Shown in pieces: positions 47,135 through 58,667 of a stretch of 64,000 bases of DNA. The stretch is from Asterias rubens (taxonomy: Eukaryota), in the NCBI RefSeq assembly GCF_902459465.1, contig NC_047064.1:704762-768761 (forward strand). Direction: 5' to 3'. Made by a program: the position numbers and the translations under genes. Numbering within the stretch: position 1 is the first letter of the stretch; each line of letters opens with the position of its first letter. The notes beneath the pieces are model-generated. The model made no database searches. It was not told where the DNA came from and saw only the letters and a program-made list of their open reading frames with translations.

Positions 47135-47377
47135 GTAAGAACATCCTCTGGGATATCTAAAACACTGGGTGCAAGGGTCAAAGTTCAAGGTTATCAGTAA
47201 GCCAATATGATTACCTCATTTATGTATAAAGACAAACTAATTTGTGAATTTTTAAAACATGCTGAAAGACAAACAAAAAATTCTTTTTGGAGATTGCTTG
47301 GAACTTGTTGCCTCATGTGACAAGGCCCTAAGTTTCACAAGTTGCAATTTATAATGTTATTAATCATTTCGTTTTAG

Positions 47378-47608
47378 GAGTTGTTCCCTGCCTCACGATT
47401 CACCATCATGAACCCAGAGGAGAAGGTTGTTGGTTACCAGCCTCCTTGCTGGGTAGCAGCCTGCGCTGGAGTAGAGTTACGCAGTGGTAAGCGGCTTGGT
47501 TTAGGCGATGCCGGTAAGGGAATGAAGACAGCAGTTTTAACAGTAGACTCCATGGGATACTTGGCAGTGTGTGACGTCACGACGCAAGAAGTTATATCAA
47601 AGAAAAAG
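47378..47608 (+). CDS. TEP1: TEP1-like exon 46 (ELFPASRFTIMNPEEKVVGYQPPCWVAACAGVELRSGKRLGLGDAGKGMKTAVLTVDSMGYLAVCDVTTQEVISKKK)
   Basis: The acceptor is ttAG|GAG and the donor AAG|GTAGGT. Confidence 0.7.
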
Positions 47609-47797
47609 GTAGGTCACCTTTCGCCTAATAAGTAGTAGTTCAAAAGCAGGATAGTTTGTTTCAGAAATGAGAAGTCTCTTGATTTCCGAAAAACTTTCTA
47701 GAAAAACTCTGCTCGGGCCGAAACGTCAAAACAAGATTTTTACATTTAAACCATCAGTGCTTTGGTTGGTAAGCTCTATTTTCTTATTTATTTCTAG

Positions 47798-47902
47798 GTT
47801 CACACAGATGGAGTGAATGACATAGCTGTCTGTGACGATGTCATCTGCACTGCATCAGAAGATAGCGCCCTCAAGTTGTGGTCTCGTAAGAACTTGAAAC
47901 AG
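47798..47902 (+). CDS. TEP1: TEP1-like exon 47, last WD repeat (VHTDGVNDIAVCDDVICTASEDSALKLWSRKNLKQ)
   Basis: The acceptor is ctAG|GTT and the donor CAG|GTAATG. The sequence matches vertebrate 'IHSGSVTALHVLPELLVTATKDRDVKLWERPSMQ'. Confidence 0.85.
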
Positions 47903-48035
47903 GTAATGTTTAATTTTCAATAATCAATTATCTTAAAATTTTCAAATCTTTAAATGCACTTTACAAGTATTGTAATTGTAGTAATTATTATTTATTATTT
48001 TACAATTTAAGTTCTTTATCTTCATTTATCTTTAG

Positions 48036-48179
48036 GTGGGTCAGTTCTATTGCCAAGCGCCTGTTACTACGGTAACGACCTCACCAATCCCAGAATGCAG
48101 AGAATTTATCTGTGGAGACAAACTTGGTAATGTTTACTTCTTGGAATGGTGCAGCAAAAGTTCAAGCGGAAATTACTAA
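48036..48179 (+). CDS. TEP1: TEP1-like terminal coding exon (VGQFYCQAPVTTVTTSPIPECREFICGDKLGNVYFLEWCSKSSSGNY*), stop TAA 48177-48179
   Basis: The acceptor is ttAG|GTG. 'GDKLGNVYFLEW' matches the vertebrate TEP1 C-terminus '…GDVQGNVYFLNWE'. Confidence 0.85.
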   Translation: MGQFYCQAPVTTVTTSPIPECREFICGDKLGNVYFLEWCSKSSSGNY

Positions 48180-48199
48180 GTAAGAGTGTGAAGACACCA

Positions 48200-48335
48200 G
48201 GGCTAAATTCATGGCTCTGCTTACATTGGACTTCCGCATACAGTCACTTTTATCCGCCTATAGTGTAAGCACCAAATTTCTGCACTAGCTGTGTAAGCAA
48301 ACAATGTTTAGCATGGTGGAGCCATGAAATTAAGC
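48200..48335. mobile_element. MITE family 2 copy in the TEP1 3' UTR / downstream region
   Basis: The termini are gggctaaattcatggctctgcttac … ggagccatgaaattaagccc, and the interior ('tttctgcactagctgt') is shared with 35992-36262. Confidence 0.65.
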
Positions 48336-50379
48336 CCAGTTTGTACAGCTTCCGAGATTGTGTTTTTTATTTCATTGTAAGCTACTGGAAAATAACTATC
48401 CTTGTCAGTTTTACTTCAGTCGAGCACGTTACTAAAATAGCAATTTCTGAAGAGAAAGTATATGCAAATTCATTCTCACCATTTTATTTCTTGCAAACAT
48501 TTCTTAAACTACTCTTGTAACTTCAAACTGACATAACTTTTCATGTAGAAAAGAAATCTATTTCGTTTTGAAATAATATTAAGTAATAGTTTTTGGTTGA
48601 TTTGAATATTAAGTGATTATTTCTCAAAATACAAAGGCTTGTATCCATAACAACGCGACATTGAGTTTTCATTCATCAATTTTAAATGAAATGTTCAACA
48701 TCCCTTCAACAATGGTGTTTTATACAGAAAGTTAAGATTTTATATTGAGGCTTTCAGAAGGAGTTGGTTTGTAAATATAATTATTTTTGGCTTGAAAGGT
48801 TTTTTTGAACAAAATTTATAAGTGGATTGTGATAAGCAGTCGGGTTATTAGATAAGACGTCTGTATGTAGAAGCCAATAATAAGAGTGGAAGTTTGTGAA
48901 TATATTTCTGTTTGTTTTATTATTTAAAAAAAAACATCAGATGTGAATTTAACAATGTTGGAAATGTATAAATATATTGATATATATTGTAAGAAGGATA
49001 GTTTGAGATATATATTTGCAATATTTTGTTTTAATAATTATCATGTAACTATATGCAGGAAATGTTTGTGGGATGGTCTGGTGTTTTGAGGTGGTTAAAA
49101 TAATTATGAAAACTTTTGCATTTTCACTGCTTTGAAAAATCCAGGTTGTGCCTATATGCAGCTTTAAGATTTTGAATGGTTGTGTCTTATTTTGTATAAC
49201 TCTTGATAAAAAATACTCAATTCAAACCCAGATCAAAGTTCTAATGGATTGAGAGAAGTCTGTTAAACATTTTTGTAGTCCCGCCCTGGAAGACCAAGAT
49301 CTGAAGGTCCGAGGGATGACTGATCTTCGTCTTGAGACATGCAACCTTCAAAACTTCAACTTTGATTTTCTTTAAAATCGGTACTGGATCAATTGATTTT
49401 TTTTGATGTTTTTTTCCATAAAAATTATAGCGATGGTCAGACTTTTGTTTCATATTGTTAAAACTTTGGAGTATTGAGATATATTTTAAATGAAATTATA
49501 TAAGAAAGTTAGAGCCATTTCTTACAGTGTGATTTTGAGTTTTGAAGATTGTTTTATTTTAATTTTAAATCTTATATCTCTCTGATTATCGGTAGAAAGT
49601 GCATTAAAGAGAATATACAAATTGGAAACAAAAGTGAAATGTCATTAGTTATATGTAGCTCATAAAAAGGGACTGTCGAAGACGAGAAAGACCAATAACT
49701 ATTTTCAAAATTGATGTCATTATTGAAAGTTTGTATAATGTGCGCAAAAAAGCTCAGAGTAAAAAAAACTTCTTTTAAAAAAAGTTTTAAATAAAAAAGT
49801 AGATCTTTTGATAAAATGTTCACAGGTTGGGTCTGTGGTGTGTTTATTTCAAAAAATGTTTGGTGTTGGAATTAAAAAAGACCTGTTGTGCACTTCAATT
49901 TTTTAAACCCTGACCACAATAAAGTGATTGAGCCTATTATTATAATTAGGTAAGCTAAAGTTAAACTGGATAATCAAGTTGTTTAAACAGTCCCTTCCCC
50001 ACCCCTATGTTTTAACGATGGCCACCTTTAACAATGAAACAATGCAACCCAAGGGTTTCTTTGTTCTTGTGGTACCCCGCCAAAAAATTCTTCAGAGAAA
50101 AGGGGAACAATAAACTACCAAACGTGTTTGCGCCCTCTCTAGGTCGAGAAAAAATAGTCAGGTACCCTTTACTCATGAATGCAGAAAAGTAATGATAAAG
50201 GAAATGTAACCATACTTTATATGGTTTTTGCTGTACTAAATCAAAATCAAAACATGGTTCTGTTGAATGTGAGATAGTTCAGTTGCTTTACTTTTTAACT
50301 TGAAAAGTTACTAAGACGATCTCACAATAAATGATATGTTTTTTCATGAGAATCATTCTCTGTTAGCCTCAGCTTTGTG

Positions 50380-50499
50380 ATGTTTCAGAGCAGTACTCAG
50401 AAGAGATGCTGGACATTCAGCAGCGAAAAGGATGTAGAAATTCTCAGACAAGAATGCAATACTCGATTCCAAGAACAACATCATCTTATCTCAGCAAAG
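50380..50499 (+). CDS. CCNH: Cyclin H exon 1 (MFQSSTQKRCWTFSSEKDVEILRQECNTRFQEQHHLISAK)
   Basis: The ATG is at 50380 and the donor is AAG|GTTTGT. The sequence aligns to human CCNH '[30 protein letters not shown]…'. Confidence 0.85.
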
Positions 50500-51650
50500 G
50501 TTTGTTTAAAAAATACTAGGCCTCAGCATGGAGGTAGAAATGGCCTATGTATGGTAGGGCCTACTTTCCAAAGTAGTTTGTAGTTGAGATGATCGTTCCT
50601 AACCCTGTACCTATTAAACTGGTCAGTGGCCAGAGGTTCGCGATCATTGCAACTAAAGTAATGTAAAGATTATATTATATATAGGCCTATAAAAGTATAA
50701 TAATAATTTTTTTTTTTTTTTTACTTGTTTTATTTTATTTTAATGTTGGCCTACTCCTATGGAACTGGAGGGATGTACTCGTTGGAAGATAGATAGATAA
50801 TTCTTTTTAGTTACGTCATGCTATGGTATGGAGTGTGAAGGAAATGGTTAAGAACAAAATGTTTAATAATCTTTAAATAATGACATTGATAATCAGGCTT
50901 AGTTGTTGCAATCAAATCCCAATGACACCGAGGCCTATATTAATGTATTTACAATGTAAGAAGCAATAATTAGGGAATAACAGTCTTGAGTCTTGAGAAG
51001 TTTAATCCCTAAACAGCTCACGTAGGAAGCTAAACTGGGACAGTGCGAGGAGGTCCGTTAACAGCGCCAGCCACCAACCAAGGTCATTAATTAGCTCGCA
51101 GTGAAGACCGGGTCCGAACACTGTTATTCCCATTAATAAATACCTTTTTAACGAAATAAATGGTACTTAAACAATACTTCCAGACATGTTCAGTGGCAAT
51201 ATTTTAGCTTTTGATGGTTCCCGTCTCTTTCGCGAGATAATGAATGGTCTGTTAAGCGCCCGTACTGGGGTCTAAGTAAGGCAAATGATTGGACGATAGC
51301 TGTTCTTTGTGCAATAAAACGCGCCCAGCTCAGTGTCCATGTAGCATGTCGCTTTTAACAAGACCATATATGGACAATTGAGGTTATATGCGCGCACCTG
51401 TTACATTAAAATTGATACATTTTCAGCTCATGTGTGCGAAGTTGCAATGGAACTTATAAGATGAATAAGCATGCGATACAGTGCAAAGTGAAACTAGTTG
51501 TACACAATGTAGGTTTAGGGGCCATTTGGTCTTTATAACGCCCGTTAATACATCCCCATGTGATCGGTTGTTGACCAATCAGAGACTTGAAACCGTTCGA
51601 GGTATTTATTAATATTGAATAATGAATCATTCAATGATTTTCTTTGACAG

Positions 51651-51773
51651 AGGAAAGATCCAGGATCTTTTTTCCTTTCTGCAAATGAGGAATACATTTT
51701 GTGTCGTCATTACGAACATCTACTGCGAGATTTCTGCCGAAGATTTGAGCCCCCAATGCCACCAAGTGTTAAG
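51651..51773 (+). CDS. CCNH: Cyclin H exon 2 (RKDPGSFFLSANEEYILCRHYEHLLRDFCRRFEPPMPPSVK)
   Basis: The acceptor is gacAG|AGG and the donor AAG|GTAAGT. The sequence matches human '…[30 protein letters not shown]'. Confidence 0.8.
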
Positions 51774-52192
51774 GTAAGTAATAAGAACATACCATGCCGA
51801 GGCCAGTAAGTACACAGAGGTTATGACCCTTGATGCCCTTGAAATGTTTTCCATTGTCTTTAATTAAGATGTTCTAATAGAGTTTCCTTTTGCAAAAGTA
51901 GCTAAGCACACTTATCGCTACTAGAATAAGGTTACCAGCCAAACTACCAAGTCTTCTGTGCGATTTGTGACTGGTCTCCTGTTCACTTTTTTTAGCATAA
52001 ATTGTTTAGCAATATTTTCTGCATAAGAAACTTCATAAAAATTGGACCTTGGATTTAAAAAAAAAAATCCAGTGACTTAGTTGCTTTTACTTAATTTTCA
52101 AGGGTGAACAGCTCGGCCTCGACTGGCTAAAGATTTGCCAAACTAGGATTCAGATCCCTAATTTTCTCAAGTTTTCTTTGGTGTCTTTACAG

Positions 52193-52266
52193 GGTTCATC
52201 ATGTGCATATTTCAAGAGATTCTACCTGCGCAACACAGTGATGGATTATCATCCTAAGTTTATTAT
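52193..52266 (+). CDS. CCNH: Cyclin H exon 3 ([24 protein letters not shown])
   Basis: The acceptor is tacAG|GGT and the donor AT|GTAAGG. The sequence matches human '[23 protein letters not shown]'. Confidence 0.85.
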
Positions 52267-52690
52267 GTAAGGATGTTCCCCCCCCCCTTCCACCCCTGAC
52301 CTACTCCTAGAACTATAAGATTGTTACTGGAGAAGACACCGCTCTAACCTCATAGGTCTTAGAATAATAACAATACTCATTACCAACCTTTTAAGCAATA
52401 ACAAATTTTCTTACGATATTAATGTTTCAACCCCTACTTCAAAAACATTATTCGCAACTAAATACTTGCTCAGGGTTAACTGCCTAAACCATTCCCATTT
52501 TTGTTATTTTTTCATTGAGGTAATTTTACCAGATTTATTTTCTTTTCTGACCTTATTTTCTGTTCTAACCTGGTGTATGCACTGTGTATTCTCAGTACTT
52601 CAAGAGTTCTGTGGAAATAAAAGTTAAATACTTAATCAAATGCATTTTCTTGATCAAGAAGTTTTAAAACTGGTGACTTTTTTTTTACAG

Positions 52691-52892
52691 GTTGACGTGT
52701 GTGTATCTTGCTTGTAAGATAGAAGAATTCAATGTCTCCATTACACAATTCTGTGGAAATCTCAGCGCTGACCAAGAGAGGGCAGCAGAGCTTATATTAG
52801 GTCACGAGTTACTCGTTATGCAACAACTTGACTTTCATCTGACTATACATAATTTATTCAGACCACTAGAGGGATTTCTTATTGATATTAAG
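52691..52892 (+). CDS. CCNH: Cyclin H exon 4, cyclin box ([25 protein letters not shown]…[22 protein letters not shown])
   Basis: The acceptor is tacAG|G and the donor AAG|GTAAAT. The sequence is near-identical to human '[25 protein letters not shown]…[22 protein letters not shown]'. Confidence 0.9.
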
Positions 52893-53610
52893 GTAAATAT
52901 ATCGTTGCATCTGTTCAAAAATATCAGGTGTAGAACCTCATCTTTGAAAGAGCTCGGCTATTTTAACAATTTGTGAAAGGCACTATGGCCAATTCCAGGG
53001 CAACAGGACAGAGGCCATGGCGCCTGTGGTCTGTGTAGTTCCAAGCCTGAAATATTGCATCTCTATTAAGGCATTATATGCCAGATACTGTGCTCTTTAT
53101 AAGTACTGTTTATTATCATTATCTCAATTATCTCATCGTATCTGCAACAAAAGACATCTAAGCTTCTATAGGTTTGGTTCATCCAGAATATTTAAACTGA
53201 GATATGACATTTTGGCACTTTCAAACTTGCATGTAACAGAGATGCTATTTTAGAAGATATGATATTGTTGCACTGACCAATAATATTGAGACTACTCTCA
53301 TGGGGTAAGGTTTGGCTTCCCATTAGATTCACCACAGTAGTTCATGGTGTGAATCCCACCCTCGACCGGAGCCTTGCATGTAGATTGGGATTAGAATCTC
53401 TACCTGATTGACTGCACAGTGTTAAAGAAACTTTCCTTTTCTGAATTTATTAATCTGTGAGACGGGCATAAAGTAAAACAGTTGGGACTGTTAATTATGT
53501 GAACATTAAGTTGCAAAAATGTGTAATTTACAGTTCATATTCTGCAGTGCGTAATACTTGTCCTTTGTTTTAAACTTTGTATACAAGAAATTGATTCTGT
53601 TTGTTTTCAG

Positions 53611-53718
53611 ACACGTTTTCCATCATTAGAGAGCCCAGAACAGCTGAGGAAATCAGCGGAGGAGTTTCTTCATAGGTCGCTTGCAAGTAACGTCAGCCTC
53701 CTGTATTCACCATCACAG
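53611..53718 (+). CDS. CCNH: Cyclin H exon 5 (TRFPSLESPEQLRKSAEEFLHRSLASNVSLLYSPSQ)
   Basis: The acceptor is ttcAG|ACA and the donor CAG|GTAAAT. The sequence matches human '[36 protein letters not shown]'. Confidence 0.9.
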
Positions 53719-53759
53719 GTAAATTGGTCTCCTGTACTCACCATCTTAGTAAAAAAATC

Positions 53760-54640
53760 AGCCTATTGTACTCCCTAAGTCAGTTAAAATCAGCCTCCTG
53801 TACCGGTACTCCCTAAGTCAGTCAACATCAACCTCATGTACCGGTACTCCCTAAGTCAGTCAACATCAACCTCATGTACCGGTACTCCCTAAGTCAGTCA
53901 ACATCAACCTCATGTACCGGTACTCCCTAAGTCAGTCAAAATCAACCTCATGTACCGGTACTCCCTAAGTCAGTCAACATCAACCTCATGTACCGGTACT
54001 CCCTAAGTCAGTCAACATCAACCTCATGTACCGGTACTCCCTAAGTCAGTCAACATCAACCTCATGTACCGGTACTCCCTAAGTCAGTCAAAATCAACCT
54101 CATGTACCGGTACTCCCTAAGTCAGTCAACATCAACCTCATGTACCGGTACTCCCTAAGTCAGTCAACATCAACCTCATGTACCGGTACTCCCTAAGTCA
54201 GTCAACATCAACCTCATGTACCGGTACTCCCTAAGTCAGTCAACATCAACCTCATGTACCGGTACTCCCTAAGTCAGTCAAAATCAGCCTCCTGTACCGG
54301 TACTCCCTAAGTCAGTCAACATCAACCTCATGTACCGGTACTCCCTAAGTCAGTCAACATCAACCTCATGTACCGGTACTCCCTAAGTCAGTCAACATCA
54401 ACCTCATGTACCGGTACTCCCTAAGTCAGTCAACATCAACCTCATGTACCGGTACTCCCTAAGTCAGTCAACATCAACCTCATGTACCGGTACTCCCTAA
54501 GTCAGTCAACATCAACCTCATGTACCGGTACTCCCTAAGTCAGTCAACATCAACCTCATGTACCGGTACTCCCTAAGTCAGTCAAAATCAACCTCATGTA
54601 CCGGTACTCCCTAAGTCAGTTAAAATCAGCCTCCTGTACT
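53760..54640 (+). repeat. Minisatellite of ~22 copies of the 38-bp unit GTCAGTCAACATCAACCTCATGTACCGGTACTCCCTAA in CCNH intron 5, seeded from the exon-5 3' end
   Basis: The periodic array is directly visible. Its first degenerate copies (53690-53830) grade into the exon 5 end 'gtcagcctcctgtattcaccatcacag|gtaaattggtctcctgtactcaccatc'. Confidence 0.85.
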
Positions 54641-54938
54641 CTTTCATGTCACCTGAAATTGTTTACTGCAAACACAAAGTACCTTGCTATTAAGTGAAGA
54701 GAATCTTTAAGACCATGCAGTGTCTTATCTTGTGTCTGGACTGGAAGAGCTTCTTATAATTACTAAGATTACCAAAGTCAAACAACTCTGGTACCAAAGT
54801 TGAATGATAGTGCCATTTCTCTAAATATAATGCTCATAAAGTTACATAACTTCAGGTGGTGTAAATGAGTACCTTCAGCGTAGATGAATTAATTCATCAC
54901 AACTTTCTTAATGAGCATCTTATTTTGCTTCTTTACAG

Positions 54939-54994
54939 ATTTCCTTAGCGGCTCTTGTTACAAGTGCTGGAAGACAGAAAGTCAACATTGATAA
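54939..54994 (+). CDS. CCNH: Cyclin H exon 6 (ISLAALVTSAGRQKVNID)
   Basis: The acceptor is tacAG|ATT and the donor AA|GTGAGT. The sequence matches human '[20 protein letters not shown]'. Confidence 0.8.
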
Positions 54995-55102
54995 GTGAGT
55001 TTAAGAAAAAGCAGTCTTTTATCTACTTTTTAGAAAAGAGCTTTACACTAAAGAGATGTACCTACAAGTTTACTAGCTTGAGTCACTTCTTATTTTCACA
55101 CC

Positions 55103-55438
55103 ATGCAAAGCTTCAAACATAAGATGATGTCCACATTCTGTGGTGACTTCAAAGTGACAGTGAATCTAAAAAATAATCATCGATCACTACCCCTTGCCGA
55201 GAGTATAGATGTCTTTGCAACACTTACGGGAGGACAGAGATACAGCAAACTTGATCTACGTCAAGCTTACCTACATATGGTGATGGACCCCGACTCCAAT
55301 AAGTTGCTCACAATCAACACTCACAAGGGACTCTTTGCTTTCAACTGCCTAGCCTTTGGTGTAGCGTCTGCACCTGCCACGTGGCAAGAACCATGGAACA
55401 AATTCTACAAAGCATACCTGGCGTTTAATGTGTACTGA
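55103..55438 (+). mobile_element. Reverse-transcriptase fragment of an LTR (gypsy/BEL-like) retrotransposon, degenerate remnant inside CCNH intron 6
   Basis: The ORF peptide …GGQRYSKLDLRQAYLHMVMDPDSNKLLTINTHKGLFAFNCLAFGVASAPATWQ… carries RT motifs (SKLDL..AY.Q, F…L.FG…AP). It is only 111 aa and lacks flanking pol/LTR structure. Confidence 0.6.
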
Positions 55439-55572
55439 ATGACATGTTTCAACCCTAGAGGGCGCTATTTATAGAATGAAAGTGGCAATGTGCATACAAG
55501 GATCTTACATAAAGTTGATTACATTGGGGCACATTTCCCCAGATGATGAGTTTTTCCTTTTTTTCTGATCAG

Positions 55573-55643
55573 GTATGTGACGGATTTCTTGCTCAGTAGT
55601 GGAAAGAAAGAAGATCTTAAAGAACTAGTCATGTCCATAAAAA
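55573..55643 (+). CDS. CCNH: Cyclin H exon 7 (KYVTDFLLSSGKKEDLKELVMSIK)
   Basis: The acceptor is atcAG|G and the donor A|GTAAGT. The phases link exons 6 and 8. Confidence 0.7.
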
Positions 55644-56427
55644 GTAAGTTTCTCACATCATGAGGCATGTTGTGGTCGAGGGTTTTTAGTGCATCAGACT
55701 CGAGACCCGGGGTTAGGGTTCGAATCCCGGTCATGGCACTTGTGTCTTTGAGCAATAACTATAATTACTTCTCTACAAATGGCTGCCTGTGAGGTCAGAG
55801 ATGGTTCTTGTGAATGATTCAGCTTGGTATGTTACACACTGAGCAGCATGGGATGTATACTCCCCAGGAAGATGTGATGGTTTAAGGGAAAAATAACTGG
55901 CCCAGTGACCAGGGGATTAATGTTTGGGTGCAAAGAGTGTCGCTGAGTGACGGATTTGAGCGCTGTTTAAGAGTCCACTCATATTATTGTTAATATAATG
56001 TACAAAAGGTTCTAGGTCAGGATTTGATAAACCTTTCATTTTTATAGTTTGTTGAAAATGGCTCAGTTTTTTCATAATTTCATTGAATGAAGATCTTGGG
56101 GTAGTTTGAAGCAAATTTTTCTGAAGAATGTTCACTTTTAACTTATAATTATCTTTCACACAAAAAAAAATCTAAACATTTAGCTTAACTGTTTCGCTTT
56201 GAGAAAATCAAATAGTATTAAGATTTTGTTAAAAACATGGTACTAATCTTACTATAATTATGTTAAATGATCCTAGTTAGTTAACGATGTCGTATTTTTC
56301 AGACTATTTGTATGTGAAGTATTAACAGCGGATATTCTTGTGTGTATATTTTGCTTTTGAGAAAGACTCTGCTAGGGTTGACACGTCAGGCCATTAACTA
56401 TTTCTTTGTCTGTGTTTGTTTTCTCAG

Positions 56428-56539
56428 AAATCCGTTACTTAGTGAGTAACATTCCTCCTCTAGACATCGAAGTAGTGAAGAGTCTCGAGAAGAAGTTGGA
56501 CCAATGTCTCAACCAAGAACTCAATCCAGACAGTGCGAT
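56428..56539 (+). CDS. CCNH: Cyclin H exon 8 (KIRYLVSNIPPLDIEVVKSLEKKLDQCLNQELNPDSA)
   Basis: The acceptor is ctcAG|AA and the donor AT|GTAAGT. The sequence matches human '[34 protein letters not shown]'. Confidence 0.8.
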
Positions 56540-56597
56540 GTAAGTCAAGATTAGTAGCAGAACTCAGAAAACACTCAGCCAACATTTTCCTTGTGAC

Positions 56598-56730
56598 TAA
56601 GGCCCAATTTCATAAAGCCTGTGAGCACCAAAATTTGCTAAGCACAGACACGTACCTACCAAAATACCTTAAGTTTACTATGCTGTGAAGGGGACCAACT
56701 CATTTTTTGCTTAGCAAAAACAATTGTAGT
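56598..56730. mobile_element. MITE family 2-like copy in CCNH intron 8
   Basis: The sequence is aggcccaatttcataaagcctgtgagcaccaaaatttgctaagcac…ttgcttagcaaaaac. Confidence 0.5.
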
Positions 56731-57726
56731 TGAAAAAAAACAATCCTTTAAGAAGCTGTTCAAGGACATGCATGACCATTTTATTATGCCATGTTTTTTG
56801 GAGCACGGTTATTGAAATAGTATCCCTGGCCTACATTTCCAACCAAAATGGTTGGAACAAAATACCCCATCCCCATCCCCCCAAAACGGCCTGATATACT
56901 TCTGTCATTTGGAAGTAGTCCACCACTTCTTCAAGGAGGTAGGGGTGGTGATCTGTTGACACCAAGGGCATGACCAGGGCATCGTTGAGGCCTTGGCGTC
57001 GCTTACCACTGTGAAATACCAGACCTAAAGGTGTAGATTGACAAACGGCAGTAAATCACGGCAGAAATATGCCAATGAATAAGAAGATTACGGCTGCGGC
57101 TAGATCGCCCTGTTTCGCATTGAAATATAGGATGTCCTTAGCAACACCCTTAGCAACAGCCATAGCCATAGCCGTAGCCATAGGCTATAGTATACAAATA
57201 TTGACTGCTTCGAGTGCTATGGTTAAAACTATGACTCCCGAGGTGATCCCCGGAGCGTTCTATTCTCCCGAGGCGAAGCCGAGGGGAAATAGAATGCTAC
57301 GGGGATCACCGAGGGAGTCATAGTTTTTAACCATTGCACGAGTAAAAGCAGTCAATATTTGTTTTATAACACCCCAAACATTTCTAAATACTGTACTATT
57401 ATTATTTAGTTACAGACCTGAATGCTACAATCCACGGACGACGCGAATACAGATTGCAAACACTTTTACTGTGCTGCATGTAGTGTCGTGCAATCCGAAA
57501 TGGTTACAGACTATTAATTTGTCATCCTCGTACATGCAACGGACGTCTGGGTACTGCACGCCGTGTGCTAGTCTTCGGACTAGCGCATGGCAAACCGACG
57601 CATTATCACACGGCCGTCGTCTAACAAAACTAAGACATGTCATGTAACGCGCTCTAAACCAATGAGCAGGCAGAATACTTGCAAGGGGTGTTATAATGTG
57701 CCCTATTACAACATAGCAGGGCTTAC

Positions 57727-58116
57727 CCTTAAAGACACTGGACCCTATTGGTAATTGTCAAAAACCAGTCTTCTCACTTAGTGTATCTCAACATACGCAT
57801 AAAATGACAAACCTGTGAAAATTAGAGCTCGATTGGTCGTCGGAGTTGCCAGATAACTATGAAAGAAAAAACACCCATGTCACACGAAGTTGTGTGCTTT
57901 CAGATGCTTGATTTCGAGACCTCAAATTCTAGATCTGAGGTCTCAAAATCAAATTCATGGAAAATTACTTCTTTCTCGAAAACTACGTCACTTCAGAGGA
58001 AGCCGTTTCTCACAATGTTTTATACTATCAACAGCTCCCCATTACTTGTTTACAATTGAGGTTTTATGCTAATAATTATTTTTAGTAATTACCAATAGTG
58101 TCCACTGCCTTTAACT
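57727..58116 (-). mobile_element. MITE family 1 full copy (reverse) in CCNH intron 8
   Basis: The ends are cttaaagacactggaccctattggtaattg … taattaccaatagtgtccactgcctttaac, and the internal sequence matches 36790-37175. Confidence 0.75.
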
Positions 58117-58667
58117 CTAGCCCAACGTTCATTGTCTAGTCAAAACTGCTATGGGCCAGTAAACACCATTTACCCTGTGGGCTTTTAAAATCTGCCCAAC
58201 CTACATTTCTTCCTTTTCAGATGTGAATAATAGATTTTGAAAAAAAAGGAGTAAATTTATTTTTGACTGTGTGAATGCAATTTCATTTGGCCATTAAACT
58301 GTTTGTGATTGACCATTTATACATAAAAAAATATACATGTTTAGAATGTGGACTACTAAAACTTCTTGGGAGCAATTAAAATGCACCCATGTGAGCTGCT
58401 TTACAAAAAGCTTCCAAGTGCAAGAGGCATGATATCTTTGCTGTGGTTAGGGCAAGGTTTTTTTCCTTTTCTGAGTTATGTATAGCTCTATGAAGATTGA
58501 CCAGGGGCATGAAGGTGATTGTCTCAGTTAAAGCCATTGGACCCTTTCGGTAAACAGTAGTGTCCAAGGCCCACACTTCGTGTATCACAACTTATATATA
58601 AAATAACGAACCTGTGAAAATTTAGGCTCAATTAGTCATTGGAGTCGGGAGGAAACCCACCTTTGTT

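Noticed and set aside
53760-54640. Regular 38-bp direct repeats resembling a CRISPR array
   Set aside because: This is eukaryotic intronic sequence. The units are contiguous with no unique spacers between them, and the array grades into exon sequence, so it is a minisatellite.
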